Below are positions 10,204 to 18,352 of a DNA stretch of 64,000 nucleotides, one piece after another. Position 1 is the first letter of the stretch; every line of letters starts with the position of its first letter. Source of the DNA: Patescibacteria group bacterium (GTDB lineage: Bacteria; Patescibacteriota; Patescibacteriia; PEXW01). The translations under genes and the position numbers were made by a program. The stretch covers positions 68,506 through 132,505 of the forward strand of contig JBAZBR010000003.1 of assembly GCA_041671325.1 (NCBI GenBank), given 5' to 3'. The notes below the pieces were generated by a model. It had not been told where the DNA came from. It did not search any database and saw only the letters and a program-made list of their open reading frames with translations.

Positions 10204-11661
10204 TTATTCTTTTTTAGATTTTTTCTTTTTTCCATCCTTTTCGGTTTTGTTTGCATCAGGTTTTTTTACTTTTTCATCAGTATCAGTTTTTTCCGCTGTA
10301 GTTTTGTCTTCTGTTTTTTCTTCCACGACTTCAGATTTTTCTTCTTGAACAACTTCTTCTACTTTGGTATCTTCAGTCTTTTCTTCAGTTTTCACTTCGG
10401 CCTTAACTTCAGTATCTTCGACTTTTGCTTCAACGCCTTGGGCTTTAATACCTTCACCCACAATATCAATGCGCCAGCCAGTTAATTTGGCTGCCAGCCT
10501 CACATTTTGGCCAGATTTGCCGATAGCCAAAGATAATTGGTCTTCTTTTACTTCCACCCTGGCGGTGTGCTGGGCTTCATCAAGATTGATGGAAATGACT
10601 TTGGCCGGGGAAAGCGCATTGCCAATAAAAGCAATCTGGTCTTCTGACCATTCAATAATATCAATTTTTTCACCGCCCAATTCATTAATGACGGTTTGCA
10701 CGCGGCTGCCTCTTTGGCCCACGCAAGACCCAATCGGGTCGATATTCGGCTGGAGCGAAACCACGGCGATTTTAGAGCGGAAACCAGCTTCCCTGGCCAC
10801 TGCTTTTATTTCCACGGTTTTGTTTTGGATTTCCGGCACTTCAGTGGCGAATAATTTCCTGACCATTTCCGGGTGGGTGCGGGAAACGATGATTTCCGGG
10901 CCTTTGGTAGTGGCATTCACGGACACAATATAAACCTTGATCCTGGCGCCAGCCCGGTATTGTTCGGTTGGCAGTTGTTCGGCTGGGGGCATGATGGCCA
11001 TAGTGTGGCCAATATCAAACATGACTAATTTGCCTTCTTGCCTTTGGACATTAGCATTAATCATTTCGCCTTCTTTATCTTTGTATTCCTTAAAGACAAT
11101 TTCCCGTTCAGCCTCGCGTAATTGCTGGATAATAACCTGTTTGGCGGTTTGGGCAGCCATGCGGCCATAGGCGGCTGGCGGAAAAAGTTCGGTTTTGATT
11201 ACGTCTTCGATTTTCGCGCCTTTTTTCAGGACCTTGGCATCGGTTAAAGAAATTTCAGTTTTAGGGTCAAACCTTTCAAAAATTACCTCTGGTTTTTCTT
11301 CAGTTTCGGTTTTTTCTTCCATGGCTTCATGGGCTTCTTCTTCAGTCCTGACCACGGTTTCCCCGGCTGCGACTTTGGCTTCCCTTTCAGCTTCCTCGGC
11401 TTCCATTTTGGCTTTGCGTTCGGCGTCATAGGCTTCGGTCTTGGCTTTTTTTTCATCGTCAACCACGGTTTTCACGTCAAAAACCCGGGAAGAACCATCT
11501 TCCAAGCTAAAATCAACCTTGATATTTTGATCTTTACTGCCGAAGTCTTTGCGATAAGCCACGGCTAAAGCCGATTCCACGGTATGCAAAACCGATTCCA
11601 TGGGGATGCGTTTTTCATCAGCAATCTGCTTCATGGCCTGGATAATTGGATTTTCTGGCAT
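10204..11661 (-). CDS. nusA: transcription termination/antitermination factor NusA with a K/E-rich C-terminal tail
   Basis: NusA N-terminal domain, an S1 domain, and KH domains (GSCVGQRGSRVQ). The last 60 or so residues are low-complexity and rich in K, E and T. Confidence 0.85.
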   Translation of the reverse strand: MPENPIIQAMKQIADEKRIPMESVLHTVESALAVAYRKDFGSKDQNIKVDFSLEDGSSRVFDVKTVVDDEKKAKTEAYDAERKAKMEAEEAEREAKVAAGETVVRTEEEAHEAMEEKTETEEKPEVIFERFDPKTEISLTDAKVLKKGAKIEDVIKTELFPPAAYGRMAAQTAKQVIIQQLREAEREIVFKEYKDKEGEMINANVQRQEGKLVMFDIGHTMAIMPPAEQLPTEQYRAGARIKVYIVSVNATTKGPEIIVSRTHPEMVRKLFATEVPEIQNKTVEIKAVAREAGFRSKIAVVSLQPNIDPIGSCVGQRGSRVQTVINELGGEKIDIIEWSEDQIAFIGNALSPAKVISINLDEAQHTARVEVKEDQLSLAIGKSGQNVRLAAKLTGWRIDIVGEGIKAQGVEAKVEDTEVKAEVKTEEKTEDTKVEEVVQEEKSEVVEEKTEDKTTAEKTDTDEKVKKPDANKTEKDGKKKKSKKE

Positions 11662-11738
11662 GTGTTTATTGATTAAAAAAGAAAACAGTCTATTTTGACT
11701 GCCTGGTACAAGTATACAGGAGTGGTAGGAGTTGTCAA

Positions 11739-11841
11739 CCCCGCACCACTTTCTATAATAATCATTTATATAATTTCAATATATTCAGCAAAATAACAAC
11801 TTTAATAATTTGTCTATATTTGATTAGAAAGTGGTGCGGGG
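11739..11841. repeat. inverted-repeat element family 'CCCGCACCACTTTC', copy 1
   Basis: Perfect 15-bp terminal inverted repeats, CCCCGCACCACTTTC and GAAAGTGGTGCGGGG, flank about 73 nt of AT-rich sequence. It lies in the divergent nusA / ORF11923 intergenic region. Confidence 0.6.
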
Positions 11842-11922
11842 TCAACCCTAGATTGACAATTAACTTAAGGCCTGCTAAGATTTTGGGAAATAAAAATAAA
11901 GTTAGATTTTTTCAGATTGTGA

Positions 11923-12459
11923 ATGTCAATTCTCTTTGACAATGTAAGAACTAAATACGCTTGCATAAAAGTGCCTTTTAACTGGTCTTTATTGTATGAT
12001 AATGAAGACCTAATCATAAACCACCCGATAGGGTCCTGGATACAGGAGAAACACATGGAAACAAAAGAACTGTCCCAGCAATTGCTTAAAGGGTCAGAAA
12101 GAATCAACGTGATGAAGCAAGAGATTCACAACATCATCGCTATGACTTTTGGCTTCTTGGGCGAGTCTGACCTTTCTAAGTATAAGTATCTACAATTAAT
12201 TATGGAGTTTACTTCTGGAAGATTCCGCTGGGAAATCACCAAAAGGAAATATAACTCCATTGAGCTTCTTTTTCGACTTGACAGTCAGGCACCTGGACAA
12301 GGACACAGCAATTATTGGGATAATATTGAAAATTTCCCGCCCTCCTGGGTACTCATACTGCATGATGGACTCCCGGATTTCTTGGCAAACATGTTGAAGG
12401 TTTTTCCTCAGCTTGAGAAGAGGTTCCAGCCCCTGCTTCTTGCCGCGACAATAAAATAG
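11923..12459 (+). CDS. hypothetical protein
   Basis: 178-aa ORF with no recognisable motifs. Confidence 0.35.
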   Translation: MSILFDNVRTKYACIKVPFNWSLLYDNEDLIINHPIGSWIQEKHMETKELSQQLLKGSERINVMKQEIHNIIAMTFGFLGESDLSKYKYLQLIMEFTSGRFRWEITKRKYNSIELLFRLDSQAPGQGHSNYWDNIENFPPSWVLILHDGLPDFLANMLKVFPQLEKRFQPLLLAATIK

Positions 12460-12461
12460 CT

Positions 12462-12511
12462 TTTTTAAAAAAGACTCCCTAAACTTTTTGGTCGGATGGG
12501 GGTCTTTTTTA
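12462..12511. terminator. bidirectional intrinsic terminator
   Basis: Hairpin AAGACTCCC...GGGGGTCTT with a T-run on one side and an A-run on the other, between the convergent genes 11923(+) and yraN(-). Confidence 0.45.
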
Positions 12512-12513
12512 AA

Positions 12514-12864
12514 TTAGCTAATATTTTCCAAATGGGAAATTTTGGGTGGTTGAATATCGGTTTCTATGGCAATAACATCTAAACGATAGTCTTTAATTGT
12601 TTTGTGGCTATCTAAATACCAGTTAATGGAATTTTTAAGTCTTTCCAGCTTATTTCCAGGTATAGAATCTTCTGGATTGCCAAAGACATTTGAGTTTCTT
12701 AGCTTGACCTCAACGAATACTAAAGCTTGTTGGTCTTGGCAAATCAGGTCGATTTCCCCAAAAGGCGTGCGGACATTCCTTTCTAGGATTTTAAAACCCC
12801 GCTTTTTAAGATATTCAGCGGCCATGGTTTCGCCTTTTTGGCCTTGAGTTTGGGTTTGACCCAC
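12514..12864 (-). CDS. yraN: YraN-family (UPF0102) endonuclease
   Basis: 116 aa. The GE...YL...G...L.RN...GEIDLI...VFVEVK pattern is typical of YraN. It sits next to rnhB, as in many bacteria. Confidence 0.7.
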   Translation of the reverse strand: MGQTQTQGQKGETMAAEYLKKRGFKILERNVRTPFGEIDLICQDQQALVFVEVKLRNSNVFGNPEDSIPGNKLERLKNSINWYLDSHKTIKDYRLDVIAIETDIQPPKISHLENIS

Positions 12865-12869
12865 TGTTT

Positions 12870-13424
12870 TTATTTGCGAAAAACCAAGGCAAAATGATAA
12901 GGCCCAGGTTTGAATTCTTCCACAAATTCAAAACCGGCATCTAGCGCGGTTTCGTGGATCATTTTTGGATCAGCTAAATTTTCTTGGGTCGGGCCCATTT
13001 TCATGCCACTGACTTTCCAGTCAATAATCAAGAGCCGGCCTTTGGGTTTTAACATCCGGTAGGTTTCCCGCAAAATGTCAGTGTGCCTTTTGGATTGGAA
13101 TAACAAATTAATCAACAGGCTGACATCCACGATTTCATCCCTGACCAATCTGGCGCCGCGGAAAATTTCCAAGTTGGACCAAACCGGGACAATGTTTACC
13201 AAGCCGGCCAGCCTGGCTCGGCTGACTAAATTTGACAAGGCGGATTTCAAAACATCAATGCCAAAAACCGTACCTTTGCTGCCGACCATTTTGGCCGCCT
13301 GCAAAACAAAATAACCCGAACCACCGCAGCCTAAATCCGCCACGACCTGCCCTGGGCCAACACCCATGCGGTGCAGGATTTTGTCAGTCTGGAATAAAGT
13401 TGTGCCTGAAGGGATTTTTGCCAT
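12870..13424 (-). CDS. class I SAM-dependent methyltransferase
   Basis: Motif I VADLGCGGSGYF and a Rossmann fold. 184 aa. Confidence 0.6.
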   Translation of the reverse strand: MAKIPSGTTLFQTDKILHRMGVGPGQVVADLGCGGSGYFVLQAAKMVGSKGTVFGIDVLKSALSNLVSRARLAGLVNIVPVWSNLEIFRGARLVRDEIVDVSLLINLLFQSKRHTDILRETYRMLKPKGRLLIIDWKVSGMKMGPTQENLADPKMIHETALDAGFEFVEEFKPGPYHFALVFRK

Positions 13425-13426
13425 AA

Positions 13427-14128
13427 TTATTTTTTACGTTTGGCCTTGGTCGCTTTTCCTTTCTTTAGAACTAATCGTTTTTTGGGCTTCTTGCTAACTT
13501 TGGGTTTTTTCTCCAGCATATCCTTAACTGGGGAAAAGCTTTTCCGGTGTTCGGGGCTGACCCCATGCTTTAATAATAGCTTTCTATGCAAACTCGTGCC
13601 ATACCCCTTGTGCGTGGCAAATTCATATTTTGGATGGGAACGATGGATTTCTGAACTCATTAACCTATCCCTGACAACTTTGGCAATTATGGAAGCGGCA
13701 CCAATGGATCTTTCCAAAGCATCGCCATTAATGATATTCACGACTGGCCGGTTGCCATAAGTGATTTTAAAAGCATCAACCAAAATTGCCTGAGGCTTAA
13801 CGTGTAATTTTTTTACGGCCAGGGTTAAAGCTTCCAAATTGGATTTTTGGATGCCTTGCTCATCAATTTTTTTAGCCGGGACCAGGTGGACAGACCAGGA
13901 AATGGATTTTTTTGTAATTTGCACAAAAGCTTTTTCCCTTTGTTTGGCTGAAAGCATCTTGCTGTCAAAAATATTTTCTGGAATATTTTCTACATCCAAA
14001 ATCACGGCTGCGGCCACCAAAGGTCCAGCCCAACTGCCCTTGCCCGCTTCATCCACGCCAGCGATTAACCGGTGGCCAGCTTTTCTCAATTTTTTCTCAT
14101 GGTGGTTAAGGGGCTTCTTTTTTGGCAT
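13427..14128 (-). CDS. rnhB: ribonuclease HII with a lysine-rich C-terminal tail
   Basis: Active-site region GVDEAGKGSWAGPLVAAAV. The C-terminus KKPKVSKKPKKRLVLKKGKATKAKRKK is a basic extension. Confidence 0.85.
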   Translation of the reverse strand: MPKKKPLNHHEKKLRKAGHRLIAGVDEAGKGSWAGPLVAAAVILDVENIPENIFDSKMLSAKQREKAFVQITKKSISWSVHLVPAKKIDEQGIQKSNLEALTLAVKKLHVKPQAILVDAFKITYGNRPVVNIINGDALERSIGAASIIAKVVRDRLMSSEIHRSHPKYEFATHKGYGTSLHRKLLLKHGVSPEHRKSFSPVKDMLEKKPKVSKKPKKRLVLKKGKATKAKRKK

Positions 14129-14264
14129 ATAACAAGAGTATAGCTTACTTCCTGGAATTTTTCACTTGCCTCTTGACATTTTTATAAAATTTGTTAGGAT
14201 TTTTAGTTCTTAAAACAAAGTCACTTAACACCGAAAATTAACAATTAACCTGGGGGATACAGCC

Positions 14265-14885
14265 GTGTTTATGGGGATTTGGAAAGAACTTTGGATTGTC
14301 TTTAACTTGAGAAAGGCAATAAGACATTTGTTCTTTAGTTGCCTAACTTTTCTCATAATAATTTTTTTAGCTGGGCTTTTAGTGCCTCTTCCAAAGCAAA
14401 AACTTCTAGAGGTGTTTGCTCTAACTTTCACCATGGAAGGAATGGCGTACATTTGTTATTGGTCAACAGATCGAATAAATGCCGCGCCAGCTATTTTAGT
14501 TGGCTATTTCTTGGCCTGCATAATTGCCGTAATTGACGTCAGCTTGCTTGGCATATACAGAGGCTTGAATTTCTTTTTCATCTTGTCGGGGACTTCTGTC
14601 ATCTGGTATGCCTATTTCGCAATAAAAGAGTCGATCAAGGCAGGACGCAGAAGCATTAAATTTTTGCTTCCTGCTGGCGCCATTGGCTTGTCAGCAATTT
14701 TCCTGATCTTGTGGGTTGGTATTATTACCCCGGAAAAGTCGATTCATCTAAGCCCTGATCACTCTGACGACTTGGTTTTAATCGAAAGCAAGTGGAAAGC
14801 CGGAGCCGAGGGATTCCACTCAAGTGAATGTAACATTCCGACACCAGCGCCTGCCGCAGTTTCAACATTGATTGATAGTGTTTAA
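14265..14885 (+). CDS. hypothetical membrane protein
   Basis: 206 aa with 5 or 6 TM helices. Coordinates are taken from the ORF track. Confidence 0.4.
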   Translation: MFMGIWKELWIVFNLRKAIRHLFFSCLTFLIIIFLAGLLVPLPKQKLLEVFALTFTMEGMAYICYWSTDRINAAPAILVGYFLACIIAVIDVSLLGIYRGLNFFFILSGTSVIWYAYFAIKESIKAGRRSIKFLLPAGAIGLSAIFLILWVGIITPEKSIHLSPDHSDDLVLIESKWKAGAEGFHSSECNIPTPAPAAVSTLIDSV

Positions 14886-14899
14886 CAAAGCTAATTCAA

Positions 14900-14928
14900 A
14901 AGACCTTTCCGTAAGGGAAGGTCTTTTT
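14900..14928 (+). terminator. intrinsic terminator
   Basis: Hairpin GACCTTTCC-GTAA-GGGAAGGTC followed by TTTTT. Confidence 0.65.
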
Positions 14929-14989
14929 GCTATAAAAATATCGTTATCAATTTTAAACAAAATTAAAAGGGCGCTGGCGTCCGTATAAT

Positions 14990-15456
14990 ATAATGATTAA
15001 TGGGACTGCGCCCTTTTGTAGTCTAATTAGTAGACAAGGGCCGCAGGGCTTAAAGTTCCTTCTATTAAGAAGCCCTAAACCCTGCAGCGATTGCCATCAA
15101 CCTAATTAAACTTTGCATTCTCCGTTAGCCATGAATTCTGCGGAGAATAATGACTACCACTCTTGTGGTTATACCTCTCACCAATAAAGGCTTAAAGGTT
15201 AACCTTTTAGTTCCAGTGATTTTTTATAATCCCCTGGATTTTTGTTTTTCAGACAGGCTCATGGTTGCCTATGACGAGCAGTAGAACAGAAGCTTAATAA
15301 CGCGTTAGACTAATGCCAGCTGTTGCCACTTCTCAATCAACAAGAGTAGTTTGCTTGTTTAAAGAGCATTTTTTATTATTTCTAGCCATAGTATATCACG
15401 GTTTTGACTGGGTGTCAACAATCTGTCTTGGCTAAGATTAGCCAAGAATTATTTTT
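14990..15456 (+). ncRNA. candidate structured noncoding RNA of unknown identity
   Basis: About 470 nt lie between two plus-strand intrinsic terminators. There is no ORF of 60 aa or more. A TATAAT -10 box sits at about 14983. Several internal hairpins are present, and an ACAGAAGCTTA stretch recalls RNase P CR-V, but no GGAAAGTCC P4 partner was found. Confidence 0.25.
15427..15456 (+). terminator. intrinsic terminator
   Basis: Hairpin CTTGGCTA-AGAT-TAGCCAAG followed by AATTATTTTT. Confidence 0.5.
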
Positions 15457-16012
15457 GGGTCTTTTGCCAATTATGGAAAGCGCTTTTAACCTTGTTGGTT
15501 ACCTTGGGGATGGGGATTCGGGAGGTGTCCAGGACATAATCGTAATTACTTGGTTGGAAGATGTTTACTCGGTAAAGCTTTTTATAGCGCTTGGTGTCAG
15601 AAGCGATTCTTTTCTTCATGCTGGCGATTATAACCGCGATTGAAGTCAGGTTATTATCTTCATTCCTGTCCAAGTGTAGGCTTTGTTTGATCCTCCTGGC
15701 GCCTTCAGGGAAAGACACGTTAAAGAAGACTTTAAAACTCTCGGGTAAGAAATAAAAAGCCATGCGGCCACTGATAATGATGTTTTTTTTGGCATGAGCC
15801 GTCTTGGTCAACAACTCGTCAAAGTACTGATCCCCGAATTTGGGATTTTTTTCTGACCATTTATTAAATTCAGCTAAAGTCATGCCCTTTTTCAAGGCTA
15901 CTTGCCTTCTTAAGCTGCCCACGTCCAGGGTTGGGCAATGCAAGATCTTGCCTAAGCGCTTGGCAATAGTGGATTTACCTGAACCTGGCATGCCATTGAT
16001 AGTGATGATCAT
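15449..16012 (-). CDS. cmk: cytidylate kinase, archaeal/AAA-type (Cytidylate_kin2)
   Basis: P-loop GMPGSGKST. The spacing of motifs, including SGRMAFYFLPE and DTKRYKKLY...YDYVLDTSRI, matches archaeal-type CMP kinases. Confidence 0.6.
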   Translation of the reverse strand: MIITINGMPGSGKSTIAKRLGKILHCPTLDVGSLRRQVALKKGMTLAEFNKWSEKNPKFGDQYFDELLTKTAHAKKNIIISGRMAFYFLPESFKVFFNVSFPEGARRIKQSLHLDRNEDNNLTSIAVIIASMKKRIASDTKRYKKLYRVNIFQPSNYDYVLDTSRIPIPKVTNKVKSAFHNWQKTQK

Positions 16013-16947
16013 ATTTTTACGGATAGTTTTTTCTTTTTAGCATCTTGAACTTCCCGGTAGGAGAGAAAAAGGAAGATGCCAAGGAGTGCAAAGGTATTTA
16101 CAGGCGCTAACCAGAAAGGAAATTCCTGACCAAAACTTTCTAAGACCATAATTGCGCCTAACATGCCAATTGAATACATGGCGCCGTTTTTTAAATAGGC
16201 AAAACGGTTGATCAGGTTCAAACCCCGGATGGTGAATTCCCTGACCACAAAAGCGCCAATGCCATTGCCGATAATAATCAGGGGAATTGACAGGGTGAAG
16301 GCAAAAGCGCCAATTACGCCGTCAATGGAAAAAGACATGTCCAGAATTTCCAAATACAGCAATTTGCTCCAGGCGCTCATATGGCTGCTGGTCAATTGTT
16401 TTTCTTTTTCTTCCGCGTTTTTCTTAAAGCCATCTGTCACAAAGAACAAGGTCGTGCCGATGGAAGCGGCTAAGGCCAGCATGGAATCGGTTTTGACGGA
16501 AAAATAAATTATAAGCGTGAAAAAAATTGAAGTTACAGCGTAAAACCACATTGATTGCTTATGGATGAAATGTTCCACCAAAAAGGCATATTTTTTTTCT
16601 TCCAAAAAAAGCCAGCCCAAAAAAACCAAGATTAAATACATGCCGCCACCTAAAAGCAAAAATGGTTTGGACTGGTTTAAATAAGTTTCAATGTCTTTGT
16701 TACTGGAAAACGCGGCCGTGAAAACTTGGACCACGGAAAGGTCGGGGTTTGCCAACCAGACAATGACGAATGGCAAAATTCCGCGGACAATAAAGACGGC
16801 AAAGATTAAACCCCAGGTTAAAAAGATTTTCCGATATTTTTCTGAAACGGTTTTTAAGACATGGGCGTTAACCACGGCATTATCTATGCTGCTGATGATT
16901 TCAAACAGACAAAGGCCGAGGATGACAATGAGGAAGTTGAAAAGCAT
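16009..16947 (-). CDS. TerC/DUF475-family integral membrane protein
   Basis: 312 aa, polytopic. N-terminal E..SIDNAVV motif. Overlaps cmk by 4 nt. Confidence 0.4.
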   Translation of the reverse strand: MLFNFLIVILGLCLFEIISSIDNAVVNAHVLKTVSEKYRKIFLTWGLIFAVFIVRGILPFVIVWLANPDLSVVQVFTAAFSSNKDIETYLNQSKPFLLLGGGMYLILVFLGWLFLEEKKYAFLVEHFIHKQSMWFYAVTSIFFTLIIYFSVKTDSMLALAASIGTTLFFVTDGFKKNAEEKEKQLTSSHMSAWSKLLYLEILDMSFSIDGVIGAFAFTLSIPLIIIGNGIGAFVVREFTIRGLNLINRFAYLKNGAMYSIGMLGAIMVLESFGQEFPFWLAPVNTFALLGIFLFLSYREVQDAKKKKLSVKI

Positions 16948-16949
16948 TT

Positions 16950-17282
16950 CTATAAGATAATTAAATCGTGTTTAAAATATTTTTCTTGAAATTCTATAAG
17001 CTGTTCAATTGATTCTTGTGTAAAATTTTCATTAGCAACAACCAGTTTTTCTTCATCACCGACTCTTTTTACAATAGCGATGACCTTACCGGTGAATTTC
17101 TTTAATGGTTCTTTCGGCCCAAGTACATAAGCATCAATGGGCTCATTATCAATTTCAGAACTTGCACCGGATATATAACCATAATTAAGAGGATAAATCA
17201 GATCAAAGTCAGGATGTTTGGAACCAATTGGTCGGTCGATTACTACCCGTACTTCTTTTCTTAAATATTTTTCAATATTCAT
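16950..17282 (-). CDS. minimal inorganic pyrophosphatase-like protein (family I PPase homologue, 110 aa)
   Basis: YPLNYGYI...IDNEPIDAYVL aligns with the PPase YPxNYGxI...DGDPLDVLV region, but the protein is about 65 aa shorter than canonical PPases. Confidence 0.4.
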   Translation of the reverse strand: MNIEKYLRKEVRVVIDRPIGSKHPDFDLIYPLNYGYISGASSEIDNEPIDAYVLGPKEPLKKFTGKVIAIVKRVGDEEKLVVANENFTQESIEQLIEFQEKYFKHDLIIL

Positions 17283-17295
17283 AAGCTAAATATAG

Positions 17296-17400
17296 CTAGA
17301 AAATATTAATCTGTCATTCTGAACCCTGAGCGAGTGTAGCGAGTCGAAGGGGAAGAATCTCCCGTTCTTACGGGATACGAAATAATGATTATTCTGTTTT
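17296..17400. repeat. partial copy of the GTCATYCTGA palindromic repeat family
   Basis: TGTCATTCTGAACCCTGAGCGAGTGTAGCGAGTCGAAGG matches the left end of the copies at 55767, 61567, 62085 and 63606. The right end is degenerate. Confidence 0.4.
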
Positions 17401-17659
17401 CTTGGACATCCACGTTTTGATTACCCTTTCTGGTTTCAGAAAGGGTAAAGGTATATTAGAAAATTGGGGATTTTTGATTCGCTCAAAACTAGGATTATCA
17501 GTGCTAATTGGGAACGGCTCAGCAAAAATCCCCAAACCCCTGACGCTAACTTGCTTTATTTAATCTAACCCCTCACCCCCGCCCTCTCCCAAAGGGAGAG
17601 GGGGTGTGGGTTTAGGATAAGAAAAACCCGCCATATTGCAGACGGGTTTAAAGGCGCGT

Positions 17660-18106
17660 TTAGATGTTGAGCAGGTATGCACAAAGCGTAGATTTCTGAA
17701 TTTTTGATCGGGCATAATCTATGAATACCGCGCTAAGCCACGCGTATATTATTATCCCGGTTATCAACACGGCAGTGATGATTAAATCGTATACCCCATC
17801 AACAATCGGTCGAAGCGGTAGGTGAAGGTTGATCATTATTATCCAGACTAGAAACACCATAAAGGCAATGATACCAAATACTTTTAACAATTCGCACCCC
17901 AACATCCACGGCATAATCCTTGAGGGGGATTTCGCTGTTCCGAATATCACCCAGCCAAACATGGCTAAAGCAACGCCAAATAACAGAAGGGGGATATACG
18001 TTGTGTTATCAGCGAGCCAATGATAGGTTAGGCCATAAGCAACACCGATTGTGAAAACAATTAGTCCGGCTATGCCAACCTTAATGCGCATTTTTAAGTC
18101 TTTCAT
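17660..18106 (-). CDS. hypothetical membrane protein
   Basis: 148 aa with 4 TM helices. A terminator hairpin AAACCCGCC..GGCGGGTTT lies just downstream on the minus strand at about 17622-17652. Confidence 0.4.
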   Translation of the reverse strand: MKDLKMRIKVGIAGLIVFTIGVAYGLTYHWLADNTTYIPLLLFGVALAMFGWVIFGTAKSPSRIMPWMLGCELLKVFGIIAFMVFLVWIIMINLHLPLRPIVDGVYDLIITAVLITGIIIYAWLSAVFIDYARSKIQKSTLCAYLLNI

Positions 18107-18317
18107 ACTCTCCTCACAATTTTGAGTTTAGTTTTGTTTTATAAAAGCCTACTCTATGGTATTTGGAGCGTCAAGATGTGAAAAAATCGGAGTAGAAGCT
18201 TCAGCTTCTGATTTGTTATTACTAAGAGACTTAAGTCTCTACTCCCTTTACTTAAACAGCAAGATTGTTGTGTCCCTGCCTACGGCAGGTCCTCGCAATG
18301 ACAATAAAAAAGCAACC

Positions 18318-18350
18318 AAAAAGTCCTCGTTCTCACGAGGACTTTTTAAC
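18318..18350 (-). terminator. intrinsic terminator of pnp
   Basis: AAAAGTCCTCGT-TCTC-ACGAGGACTTTTT, immediately after the pnp stop codon. Confidence 0.6.
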
Positions 18351-18352
18351 TC

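Noticed and set aside
14990-15456. RNase P RNA or tmRNA identity for the ORF-free transcription unit.
   Set aside because: There is no GGAAAGTCC (P4 5' strand) to pair with the ACAGAA..GCTTA-like segment. There is no GGGG...TTCGAC 5' end or tRNA-Ala-like ...CCACCA 3' end. It is left as unassigned.
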